This document shows, in pieces, positions 34,884 through 45,937 of a stretch of 64,000 nucleotides of DNA; position 1 is the first letter of the stretch, and each line of letters starts with the position of its first letter. The notes beneath the pieces were generated by a model. It saw nothing but the letters and a program-made list of their open reading frames with translations. It was not told the DNA's origin and did no database searches. The stretch covers positions 73,270 to 137,269 of the forward strand of contig CATQHW010000005.1 of the NCBI GenBank assembly GCA_958296075.1, in the 5' to 3' direction. Made by a program: the position numbers and the translations under genes. This DNA is from an uncultured Spirochaetia bacterium. Lineage in GTDB: Bacteria > Spirochaetota > Spirochaetia > SZUA-6 > Bin103.

Positions 34884-36636
34884 GCGGCCTGAGAACGTCG
34901 AGCGCGAGGGCGTTCGCTACGAACCCGACGACAAGCCGCCGAGGGCGCTGACGTTCGGCCTTGGCGTGCAGTTCACGATTCTGAGCATCGCCGGCGTGGT
35001 GCTGACGCCCGCCATCGTGATCCGCGCCGCCGGCGGCAGCGAAGTCTACCTGACGTGGGCGGTGTTCGCCGCGGTCGCGGTCAGCGGCGTCACCACCATA
35101 CTCCAGGCGGTTCGGGTCGGTCGCGTCGGCGCCGGCTACGTGCTGCTGATGGGGACCTCCGGCGCCTTCATCGCCGTCTGCGTCACGGCGCTGGCTCGAG
35201 GCGGTCCGGCGATGCTCGCCACGCTGGTGGTCATCTCGTCGCTGTTCCAGTTCGCGCTGGCGGCGCGCCTCTCGCTGCTGCGCCGGGTGTTGACGCCCAC
35301 CGTGGCGGGAACGGTGATCATGCTGATCGCGGTCACGGTGATGCCGATCGTCTTCGACATGCTGGAGGAGGTGCCGGAGGGCGCTCCGCCGCTCGCGGCG
35401 CCGATCTGCGCGCTGGCGACCGTGCTGGTCATCACCGGACTGGCGCTGAAGGCGACCGGACCGCTGCGCCTCTGGGCGCCGGTCATCGGCGTCGCCGCCG
35501 GCTCCGCGGTCGCCGGCTTGTTCGGCGTCTACGACGCGGACGCGGTGGCGCGGGCGGCGTGGATCGGCATTCCGAACAGCGACTGGCCCGGCCTCGACCT
35601 GAGCTTCGGACCGGTCTTCTGGGCGCTCCTGCCGGCGTTCGTGTTCGTGACGCTGGTCGGCGCCATCGAGACGATCGGCGACTCGGTCGCCATCCAGCGC
35701 GTCTCCTGGCGCCGCTCGCGGGCGGTCGATTTCCGCGCGGTGCAAGGCGCGGTGGCCGCCGACGGAACCGGCAATCTCCTGTCCGGCTTGGCGGGAACCG
35801 TGCCGAACACGACCTATTCGTCCTCCATCGCAATCACGGAACTGACCGGCGTCGCCGCCCGCCGCGTCGGCGTCGCCATCGGCATCATCTACGTCGCGCT
35901 GGCGTTCCTGCCCAAGGCGCTGGCGGCGGTGGTGGCGATTCCGGCGCCGGTAAGCGCCGCCTACCTGCTGGTGATTCTGTCGATGCTGTTCGTACAGGGA
36001 TTGCGGATGGTGGTGCAGGACGGCATCGACTATCGGAAGGGCTTGGTCGTGGGTATCTCGTTCTGGGCCGGGGTGGGCTTCCAGAGCGGCGTGATCTTTC
36101 CCGAGTACTTCTCGCAGGTGGCCGGCGGTCTGCTGCAGAACGGCATGACCGCCGGCGGTCTGGTGGCGATCCTGATGACCTTGATCATGGAGTTGACGGC
36201 GCCGCGACGCAGCCGCCTGGAGGTGGAGATCGATCGGTCCGACCTGCCGAAGATCACGGAGTTCCTCCGCGCGTTCGCCTCCCGCCACGGCTGGGACGCG
36301 GCGATGGCGCAGCGTCTGGACGCCGCCGCCGAGGAGACGCTGCTGTCGCTCGTCGGACCGGACGAAGCCGCGCGGGAGCGCGACCGCCGGCGGTTGCTGC
36401 TGGTCGCCTATAGACAGGACGGCGGCGCGGTGATCGAGTTCACGGCGTCCACCGGCCGGGAGAACCTCCAGGACCGGCTCGCGCTGCTCGAAGCGCCGTC
36501 CGCCGAGGCCCCGGACGAGCGGGAAATCTCGCTGCGGCTCCTGCGGCACCTCGCGTCTTCGGTACGCCACACGCAGTACCACGACACGGAGATCGTGACC
36601 GTCCGCGTGGATGCGCCACCGCCGGCCGCCGGCTGA
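34882..36636 (+). CDS. NCS2 (xanthine/uracil/SLC23) family permease with a C-terminal cytoplasmic extension of about 130 aa
   Basis: This is the lower part of ORF 34438..36636, with ATG at 34882 (or 34873). It has permease TM repeats plus GAIETIGDSVAIQR and NTTYSSSIAITELTGVAARRVG. The extension DLPKITEFLRAFASRHGWDAAMAQRLDAAAEETLLSLV...LLLVAYRQDGGAVIEF resembles a degenerate RsbW/SpoIIAB-type GHKL fold. Confidence 0.75.
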   Translation: MRPENVEREGVRYEPDDKPPRALTFGLGVQFTILSIAGVVLTPAIVIRAAGGSEVYLTWAVFAAVAVSGVTTILQAVRVGRVGAGYVLLMGTSGAFIAVCVTALARGGPAMLATLVVISSLFQFALAARLSLLRRVLTPTVAGTVIMLIAVTVMPIVFDMLEEVPEGAPPLAAPICALATVLVITGLALKATGPLRLWAPVIGVAAGSAVAGLFGVYDADAVARAAWIGIPNSDWPGLDLSFGPVFWALLPAFVFVTLVGAIETIGDSVAIQRVSWRRSRAVDFRAVQGAVAADGTGNLLSGLAGTVPNTTYSSSIAITELTGVAARRVGVAIGIIYVALAFLPKALAAVVAIPAPVSAAYLLVILSMLFVQGLRMVVQDGIDYRKGLVVGISFWAGVGFQSGVIFPEYFSQVAGGLLQNGMTAGGLVAILMTLIMELTAPRRSRLEVEIDRSDLPKITEFLRAFASRHGWDAAMAQRLDAAAEETLLSLVGPDEAARERDRRRLLLVAYRQDGGAVIEFTASTGRENLQDRLALLEAPSAEAPDEREISLRLLRHLASSVRHTQYHDTEIVTVRVDAPPPAAG

Positions 36637-36651
36637 CAGAATAGAGCCGGA

Positions 36652-37833
36652 CTATACGATCCGGCGCAGGCCGGCAGCGAGCCGGCGCAGCGCCTCCGCA
36701 AGGGCGTCGTCGTCGGGTGCCGCGTACGCGATGCGCAGGTAGCAACCGCCGGTCAGCCCGAAGGCCGCTCCCGGCACGACCGCCACGCGGTGCTCGCGGA
36801 TCAGCCGCGACGCGACCGTTACCGAGTCGGCGTCGGTCGCCACGCGGGCCAGCGCGTAGAAGGCGCCGCGGGTCGCCGGCGCCTCCACCAGCGGCCGCAG
36901 CTCGCCGAACGTGCGCAGCACCGCCGACCGCCGGGCGGCGATCGCCGCGAGATGGCCGCGGCAGTAGTCGACTCCGGCGTCCAGTGCGGCGGCGGCCGCG
37001 AACTGCGAGATGATCGCCGGACTGATCGCGATCGTGTCCTGGATCTTGGCGGCGGCGTCGTGCAGGTAGGCGGGCATGCGCAGGTAGCCGATCCGCCAGC
37101 TCGCCAATCCGTACGCCTTGGAGAGCGAGTACAGGGAGATCGTGTGGTCGCCCGCGTCCGGGAGCGAGCCGGGCGAGAAGTGCTCGGCGCCGTCGTAGAG
37201 GAAGTACTCGTACGCCTCGTCGTGGACGTGAAAGAGGCCGCGTTCGGCGCACAGGCGGTTCAGGGCGCGCAGGTCCGAGCGCGGATAGACGGCGCCGGAA
37301 GGATTGTTCGGGGAGACCGTGACCACCGCGCGCGTGTCGGCGGTGATCGCGGCCTTCACGGCGTCCAGGTCGAGTTGGAAGTCGCGGTCGGTGGCGGCCA
37401 GCACGGGCCGGCAGCCGGCCATCGTCACGGCCATCTCGTGGTTGAAGTAGAACGGGGACATCAGCACCACGTCGTCCCCTGCGTCGCAGATCGCCAGCAG
37501 CGCGTTGACGAACGCCATGTTGCCGCCGGCGGTGACCATCAGTTCGTGTTCGTCGCCGACGGCGATCCCGTTCTCCCGCGACAGCTTGGCGGCAATGCGC
37601 TCGCGCAGCGCGGGAATGCCGTACACCGATGCGTACTTGTGGTTGTCGGCGTCGGCCAGGAAGCGGTCCAGCGCCTCCCGCACGCCCGGCGGCGGGGGAT
37701 AGCCGACCACCCCCTGTCCCAGCGAGATGGTGCCCGGGTTCTCGGCGATCAGGCGGTGGATGCGCGGGATGACCGGCGGCTGCACGCGCCGCAGGCGGGC
37801 CGACTGACCGAGCGGCTTCTGAGGGCTCTGCAC
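36652..37833 (-). CDS. PLP-dependent aminotransferase, class I/II
   Basis: YSLSKAYGLASWRIGY contains the PLP lysine motif SxSK. Also PNNPSGAVY and HVHDEAYEYF. Confidence 0.85.
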   Translation of the reverse strand: MQSPQKPLGQSARLRRVQPPVIPRIHRLIAENPGTISLGQGVVGYPPPPGVREALDRFLADADNHKYASVYGIPALRERIAAKLSRENGIAVGDEHELMVTAGGNMAFVNALLAICDAGDDVVLMSPFYFNHEMAVTMAGCRPVLAATDRDFQLDLDAVKAAITADTRAVVTVSPNNPSGAVYPRSDLRALNRLCAERGLFHVHDEAYEYFLYDGAEHFSPGSLPDAGDHTISLYSLSKAYGLASWRIGYLRMPAYLHDAAAKIQDTIAISPAIISQFAAAAALDAGVDYCRGHLAAIAARRSAVLRTFGELRPLVEAPATRGAFYALARVATDADSVTVASRLIREHRVAVVPGAAFGLTGGCYLRIAYAAPDDDALAEALRRLAAGLRRIV

Positions 37834-37982
37834 CGCCTCAGTATACCGCTTTGGAACCCGACGACGTTGCGTGCGTGCGGTCGGGTTCGGTGTGAGGGTT
37901 GGCGACGGCCGCGCGGCAAGCTACCGTGCGGGGGGCAGCGCGGCGCTTGCGAGCGTATCCTGAAGAGGGGAGTGGAGATCGA

Positions 37983-38858
37983 ATGGCAGGGAAAATCGGT
38001 TGGATCGGAACCGGCGTGATGGGGCGCTCGATGTGTCTGCATCTTCGCCGGGCCGGATACGAGGTGGCGGTCTACAACCGCTCGAAGGACAAGGCGCAGG
38101 ACATGCTCGACGCTGGAGCCGTATGGTGCGATACGCCGGCCGGCGTGGCCGGCGGTAGCGAGGCGGTCTTCACCATCGTCGGCTATCCGCGCGACGTGGA
38201 GGAGGTGTACCTGGGGTCGGCCGGCGTGCTCGCGGCGACCGCGAGCGGCAGCTTGGTGATCGACATGACCACCTCGGAGCCGGCGCTGGCCAAGCGGCTC
38301 CACGAACGGGCGGCGCAGCGCGGGGTGGCGGCGCTCGACGCGCCGGTCTCCGGGGGCGACACCGGCGCCCGCGCCGGGACCTTGGCGATCATGGTCGGCG
38401 GCGACCGCGCCGACTTCGACCGCGCCATGCCGTACTTCCGCATCATGGGCGAGAACATCGCCTACATGGGGCCGGCGGGCGCCGGCCAGCACACCAAGAT
38501 GAGCAACCAGATCCTGATCGCCTCCACCATGGTGGGGGTAGTGGAATCGCTGCTCTACGGCCACCGCGCCGGCCTCGACCGCGACGAGATCATCGCCGTG
38601 ATCGGCAAGGGGGCGGCGAGCTGCTTTGCCATCAACAACCTGGGGCCACGCATCGTCAAGGGCGACTTCGAGCCCGGCTTCTTCATCAAGCACTTCGTCA
38701 AGGACATGGGCATCGCCCTGGCGGAGGCGCAGGCGATGCGGCTGGCCTTGCCGGGGCTGGCGCTGGCCAACCAGTTCTATACCGCAGCGATGGCGGAAGG
38801 GTTGGAGGACCGCGGAACTCAGGCGCTGTACCGGGTGCTGGAGCGTCTGAGCGGCTGA
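37983..38858 (+). CDS. NAD(P)-dependent beta-hydroxyacid dehydrogenase (3-hydroxyisobutyrate dehydrogenase family)
   Basis: ATG at 37983 follows GGAGTGGAG. Motifs KIGWIGTGVMGRSM (Rossmann), DAPVSGG and GAGQHTKMSNQ. Confidence 0.85.
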   Translation: MAGKIGWIGTGVMGRSMCLHLRRAGYEVAVYNRSKDKAQDMLDAGAVWCDTPAGVAGGSEAVFTIVGYPRDVEEVYLGSAGVLAATASGSLVIDMTTSEPALAKRLHERAAQRGVAALDAPVSGGDTGARAGTLAIMVGGDRADFDRAMPYFRIMGENIAYMGPAGAGQHTKMSNQILIASTMVGVVESLLYGHRAGLDRDEIIAVIGKGAASCFAINNLGPRIVKGDFEPGFFIKHFVKDMGIALAEAQAMRLALPGLALANQFYTAAMAEGLEDRGTQALYRVLERLSG

Positions 38859-39069
38859 TCGCTACTGTGCGCCGCGCCGCCCAGGAGGCGGTAGGAACCG
38901 ACGCTGAGCGCCGGCCCGACCGCCTCTTGAACGCCGTTCGCCGCACCGCGCGTGCTGCGGGCGGCGGCCGTTGACCGTTCCGGGGGCGTCGGGATACTCC
39001 GGGCAGCAAGTAGGCCGCGGTGGCCACCGCCACCCGCCGCAGGAAACGAGAGGGAAGGTGCGGGTCGAG

Positions 39070-40107
39070 ATGAACGCTCCGCTGGCCGCCTGCAACACGC
39101 TCCGCGTGGCGGCGGCGGCGCGGTACTTGGTGCGCGTGGGCGGCGGCGCAGCCGACCGCGCGGCGCGAGAGCTGGCCGAGTTGCTCGCCGGCCCGCGCTT
39201 CGACCGCCTGCCGCGGCTGGTGCTCGGCGGCGGCAGCAATGTCCTGTTCGCCGGCGACTACCCCGGCGTCGTGATCCTGCCGCGCGCCGGCGGCATCGCG
39301 GTGCAGGAGAAGGCGGAGTCGGTGATCGTCACGGCCGCCGCCGGTCACGACTGGCACCGGCTGGTGGACTACGTGGTGGCGCGCGGCTGGGGCGGCATCG
39401 AGAACCTCAGTCTGATCCCGGGATCGGTCGGCGCGGCGCCGATCCAGAACATCGGCGCCTACGGAGCGCAACTCTCCGACGTCTTCGTCGACCTGCAGGC
39501 GGCGCCGCTGGCCGGCGGCGAGCCGCGTACCATGGACGGCGCCGCGTGCGCGTTCGGCTACCGGGACAGCGTGTTCAAGCGCAGTCTGCGCGACCGGATG
39601 CTCATCACCGAGGTGCGCCTGCGGCTGCGCAATCGGCCGCGGCTGAACCTGGAGTATGCCGGGGTGCGCGCGGAGCTGGCGCAGATGGCGGTCGCCGATC
39701 CCACGGTCGCCGACGTGAGCCGGGCGATCGTCCGCCTGCGCCGTCGCAAGCTGCCCGATCCGCACCTGCTGCCCAACGCCGGCTCCTTCTTCAAGAATCC
39801 GGTACTCGCGCCCAACGACTACGCGCAGGTCCGGGAACGCTGCCCGCAGATCGCCGGGGCGGCGGTCGACCGAGGCTACAAGGTTCCGGCGGCGCAGTTG
39901 ATCGAAGCGTGCGGCCTGCGCGGCCGCCGCTTCGGGCGCGCAGGCGTAGCCGAGCGCCATGCCCTGGTGCTGGTCAACCACGGCGACGCCTCCGGCGCGG
40001 ACGTGCTGGCCGCGGCTCGAGCGGTGGAAGAGGCGGTCGCCGAACGCTTCGGCGTGCGGCTGGAACGCGAAGTCCGCGTGATCGGCGGGGAAGAGGGGCC
40101 GGTCTGA
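39070..40107 (+). CDS. murB: UDP-N-acetylenolpyruvoylglucosamine reductase
   Basis: In-frame ATG at 39070. Motifs LVLGGGSNVLF, ENLSLIPGSVGAAPIQNIGAYG, FGYRDSVFK and PNAGSFFKNP. This is the long (E. coli-type) form. Confidence 0.9.
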   Translation: MNAPLAACNTLRVAAAARYLVRVGGGAADRAARELAELLAGPRFDRLPRLVLGGGSNVLFAGDYPGVVILPRAGGIAVQEKAESVIVTAAAGHDWHRLVDYVVARGWGGIENLSLIPGSVGAAPIQNIGAYGAQLSDVFVDLQAAPLAGGEPRTMDGAACAFGYRDSVFKRSLRDRMLITEVRLRLRNRPRLNLEYAGVRAELAQMAVADPTVADVSRAIVRLRRRKLPDPHLLPNAGSFFKNPVLAPNDYAQVRERCPQIAGAAVDRGYKVPAAQLIEACGLRGRRFGRAGVAERHALVLVNHGDASGADVLAAARAVEEAVAERFGVRLEREVRVIGGEEGPV

Positions 40108-40287
40108 TCACGGTTCATCGTACGATTCGGTATTCTCCAACAGGCGTCCACGATGCCCGGCCGGCGGCCGGAACGCTCGCCGTTCTGCGCAGCTTTCGGC
40201 TTGCGCCGTCGCTGCCTGCCGCCGTCATCCGCCAGCGGCTCGTCGGGTTCGCCGTTCCACAGGATCCGGAGATAACAGTTGGCCGGG

Positions 40288-42090
40288 TCATCTACCGGCA
40301 CGGCGGGTTTCCGTTCCGCTCGACTCCACCACCTCTGCGCTGTGCACCAGTTCCCAGCCGCGGAACACCAGCGCCAGCCCCTTGAACTCCGCCGCTGGGT
40401 AGCGGCGCGCCAGCCGCTCGTCCGCCAGATAGCGGCGCAGTTGCGTGACCGCCGCGGCGGCCGTGGACGCCACCTGCGCCGCCGTCGCCAAGTCGCGGCG
40501 CAGGTACTTCAACTCGATCACGTAGCCGTGCCGCATGCCCGGATAGCGCGCCGCCAACGGCTCCAGCACGATGTCCGCGTAGCCCTTCGCCAGTTCCAGC
40601 TCGGTGTGGAACACGAAGTAACCCGACGCGCTCAGGTAGGCGGCCAGGAAGCCCTGCACCACCTTCTCGCCCTGCAGGTAGTCGCGGATGCCGGTCTGCT
40701 CGGCCACCGCGGTGCCGAGCCGCTCGACCGCCGGGCGCCAGTCGCCGGCCAGCGCCATGCGCCGCGTCAGCCGGTCGAACTCCACCAAGTCCAGCGAGAA
40801 CACTCCGGTCTCCCGGTAGGCTTCGCGCAGGTAGCTGTACATCAGGCGCCGCACCGTCTGATTGGGGATGGCGAGGCGCGGCACGCCGGCCGCCATCCCG
40901 CAGATGCTCAGCAGGCCGAAGTAGTGCAGCAGCGACAGGAAGTTCTCGCGCTCGCCGAGCAGCGCCAGCGGGAAGGACTCCACCAGGTCGCTGTCGGCCC
41001 GCCCTTCGGCGATCACCTGCCGCAGCAGGTCGAAGTTGCCGTTCAACCGCCGCCCGGTCACCAGCAGGTGGCGCAGCTTGCCGTAGTCGATGCGCACGTT
41101 GACGTCGATCAGGTTGTCGGGTCCGGGCTCGTTGGGGATGGAGTGCTTCAGGTAATAGAGCACCATGTCGGTGTTGTAGACGACCTGCTCGGCGACCTTG
41201 GCGAAGCGGTAGCCGGCGTACCACTCGCGCATCGTGGCCAGCGCGGCATCCACCTCCTGGTCGAATACGCCCAGGTCCCGGTAGGTCTCCAGCAGGCCGC
41301 GCACCTCGGACTCGGTGAAGCCGAGCAGCTCGTTGAATTCCGGCCGGAGGCTCAGGTTGGAGCCGATGTTGAAGCCGCTGGTGGCGTCGTCCATGGTGAT
41401 CGGCGACACGCCGGTGACGAACAGCCGCTCGATGCTGCCGTTTTCGGTGCCGGCCTTGAGGGTGGCGAAGAAGTTGCGGTAGAAGCCGCCGCCGTGGGTG
41501 AACGAGTGGTACGCCTCGGCGCCCTGGTGCGCCAGGATGGTGTTGGCGAAGTTGTCGTACTCGTCGATCAGCACGTAGAGCGGTATCCCCTGCCGCCGGG
41601 AGTGCAGGAACAACGCGACGAGTTTGTCGGTGATCGTCGGCTCCGATCGAAACTGCGCCACCACGGGTTCCGGGAAGAGATCCGGATTGCGTTCCGCCGC
41701 GTCCATGAACACCTTGGCGCAGTAGTTCTCGAAGTTTCGCTCCAGCGTCTCGGGGGCGTCGTTGAAGGCGGAGAAGTTGAACCGCAGCACGACGTAGCGG
41801 CTGCGGTTGGGCGTCGGGTGGCGGCCGATGTCAGTGCCGGCGAACACCGCCTCGAAGTCGTCCGCCTCGGTGCGGTCGTAGTAGCTCTCCAGCAGCGACA
41901 GCCAGCAGGTCTTGCCGAAGCGCCGCGGGCGGATGAAGAACACGAACCGCTCCTGCTCCAGGGCGTGCAGGAAGCGCGTCTTGTCGACGTACAGGCAGCC
42001 TTCCCGGCGCAGGCCCTTGAAATAGGCGAGCCCGTAGGGGATCGTCGGATACGGCGCAGGAGCGCGGGACGGCGCAGCGGGCGCGGACAC
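40288..42090 (-). CDS. AAA-ATPase_like + PDDEXK_9 (DUF1703) family protein, intact
   Basis: N-terminus YVDKTRFLHALEQERFVFFIRPRRFGKTCWLSLLESYY (P-loop-like RPRRFGKT) and YVLIDEYDNFAN (Walker B-like). The C-terminal nuclease core is ELELAKGYADIVLEP...GYVIELKYL (the D...E-x-K). GTG start at 42090. Confidence 0.8.
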   Translation of the reverse strand: MSAPAAPSRAPAPYPTIPYGLAYFKGLRREGCLYVDKTRFLHALEQERFVFFIRPRRFGKTCWLSLLESYYDRTEADDFEAVFAGTDIGRHPTPNRSRYVVLRFNFSAFNDAPETLERNFENYCAKVFMDAAERNPDLFPEPVVAQFRSEPTITDKLVALFLHSRRQGIPLYVLIDEYDNFANTILAHQGAEAYHSFTHGGGFYRNFFATLKAGTENGSIERLFVTGVSPITMDDATSGFNIGSNLSLRPEFNELLGFTESEVRGLLETYRDLGVFDQEVDAALATMREWYAGYRFAKVAEQVVYNTDMVLYYLKHSIPNEPGPDNLIDVNVRIDYGKLRHLLVTGRRLNGNFDLLRQVIAEGRADSDLVESFPLALLGERENFLSLLHYFGLLSICGMAAGVPRLAIPNQTVRRLMYSYLREAYRETGVFSLDLVEFDRLTRRMALAGDWRPAVERLGTAVAEQTGIRDYLQGEKVVQGFLAAYLSASGYFVFHTELELAKGYADIVLEPLAARYPGMRHGYVIELKYLRRDLATAAQVASTAAAAVTQLRRYLADERLARRYPAAEFKGLALVFRGWELVHSAEVVESSGTETRRAGR

Positions 42091-42538
42091 GCGAGTATCT
42101 TATCTCACTCGCGCATACGGCGCCTACCGGATGGTCGCCAGCCAGCTTGTTCAGATTGATTCTCTCTGCGGCGGCGTGCATGTCCAGGATACACTGGACG
42201 AAGTTCATGCCATGGCAGTGCTTCAGGATGTGCCGGGCGAACCTCTCGTACAAAAGGTGCTCGTCATGGCGAACCGCGTAGAGCGCTTTGCCGATCTCGC
42301 TGAGCGTCGCGTCGTTCTCCTCGATGAGGCCGTACGCGCGCAGCGAGAGTTTGGTGTTGTTGGCGAGCTTGCTCCTGTTGTAATCGGAAGTACGGTGACC
42401 GGCGAAGTACCGGTCTCGGACAGCGGCCTCGAATCCCTTCCAGTCGGCGCCGTGTTCATGGGCCAGCTCCAGGAGATACGCAAGTTCGATCTGCGCCGGC
42501 GAGAACTCGCTCCCGAAGGGAAGATCGCTGCGTGGCAT
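42091..42538 (-). pseudogene. 5' part of a low-GC gene of unknown family, apparently truncated by the adjacent PDDEXK_9 gene
   Basis: ORF 41831..42538 reads as a plausible protein for about 134 aa (MPRSDLPFGSEFSPAQIELAYLLELAHEHGADWKGF...HAAAERINLNKLA). It then runs without a stop into the PDDEXK_9 gene in another frame and becomes Arg/Pro-rich nonsense. This stretch is visibly AT-richer than its surroundings. Confidence 0.45.
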
Positions 42539-42727
42539 CAGACGACCTGTTCACGTTGACGTCCCGCGCGCGCCTGCACGGTAAGCGTGGAGGCGCGCAA
42601 ATCGGCCATTCGCGCGCGCGTCTCCGGCGGCTGCCGGCCGGCTTTCGGCAAGTTTTCAGCCAGCAGGCCGCGCCCGATCACGTTTTGGCCGACCGACGGC
42701 GGTGGCGAAGCTGCGATCAGGAGTCGA

Positions 42728-44962
<2,235 letters not shown>

Positions 44963-45064
44963 TCAACCGAGCGGACCATCGGCGCCGCACAGGCCGCGCC
45001 GCACGCAGGCCGGCCGCTGGACGGTGCGGCGCTCGGGGCGTCATGCTGTCCGTGGAGGTGAACT

Positions 45065-45928
45065 ATGGAGGAGCAGGACCCCCGGCGCGAAGCCGGGGAG
45101 CAGGCATTTCGATTCGTTGACGGCTGGGGGGGCGGCTCGGCGGGGCGAACGCTGGGGATCGCCTCCGGCGTGGCCGTCGACAGCCGCGACCGGGTGTACG
45201 TGATCGACCGCGAACCTGACCCCGCCATCGTCGTGTACGACCGCGACGGCGTCCTGATCACGGTGTGGGGTGAGGACATCTTCAGCGTCCCGCACGAGCT
45301 GTGGATCGACGAGCACGATCGCGTGCTGGTGGCCGATTGCGGCGATCACACGGTGCGCATCTGCACCGCCGACGGCCAGGTGCTGCAGACGCTGGGCACG
45401 CCGGGCATGCCCGGAGACGTCGGCATGCCGTTCAATCGGCCCACGCGCGCGGCGGTCGCCGCGGACGGCGAGATATGGGTGGCCGACGGCTACGGCCAGG
45501 AGTATCTGCACCGCTTCTCCGCCGCCGGCGAGCTGCTGGCGACCTTCGGCGGCCGCGGCGCCGGCCCGGGCTGCTTCACGCTGCCGCACTCGGTGGTGTG
45601 CGACGACCGCGGCCGCATCCTGGTCGCTGACCGGGAGCCCAATAACCGCATCTGCGTGCTCGATCGCTCGGGGCGTCAGGTGGCCGAATGGCGCGGCCGG
45701 CGAGGCCCCTGCGGCCTGTTCGTGGGCGGCGACGGGACGGTCTACCTGGCCGACGGCGGTTTGGTGATCCTCGATGGGGACGGCAACGAGCTGGCCGACG
45801 TTCCGATGCCGGAACAGCCCACCGGCCACGCGCACGGAGCGCACAGCGTATGGGTCGACCGGCACGGGGACATCTACGTGACGGAGGTCGGCGTGGAGAA
45901 CCTGGTGCACAAGCTCACGCGCGCGTAA
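45065..45928 (+). CDS. NHL-repeat beta-propeller protein
   Basis: Repeated blades: GVAVDSRDRVYVIDR, ELWIDEHDRVLVADCGDHTVRI, AAVAADGEIWVADGY, SVVCDDRGRILVADREPNNRICV, SVWVDRHGDIYVTEVG. RBS GGAGGTG. Confidence 0.8.
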   Translation: MEEQDPRREAGEQAFRFVDGWGGGSAGRTLGIASGVAVDSRDRVYVIDREPDPAIVVYDRDGVLITVWGEDIFSVPHELWIDEHDRVLVADCGDHTVRICTADGQVLQTLGTPGMPGDVGMPFNRPTRAAVAADGEIWVADGYGQEYLHRFSAAGELLATFGGRGAGPGCFTLPHSVVCDDRGRILVADREPNNRICVLDRSGRQVAEWRGRRGPCGLFVGGDGTVYLADGGLVILDGDGNELADVPMPEQPTGHAHGAHSVWVDRHGDIYVTEVGVENLVHKLTRA

Positions 45929-45937
45929 GCGGGCACC

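Noticed and set aside
40108-40287. A small ORF or ncRNA in the murB / PDDEXK_9 spacer (ORF 39876..40301 N-terminus).
   Set aside because: It has no RBS, no motif and no stable structure that I could see, and the ORF mostly overlaps murB antisense. I treat it as non-coding spacer.
41831-42135. The C-terminal about 100 aa of ORF 41831..42538 as real coding sequence overlapping the PDDEXK_9 gene.
   Set aside because: This part is an off-frame read of the well-supported PDDEXK_9 N-terminus. Its composition changes abruptly to Arg/Pro/Ala-rich.
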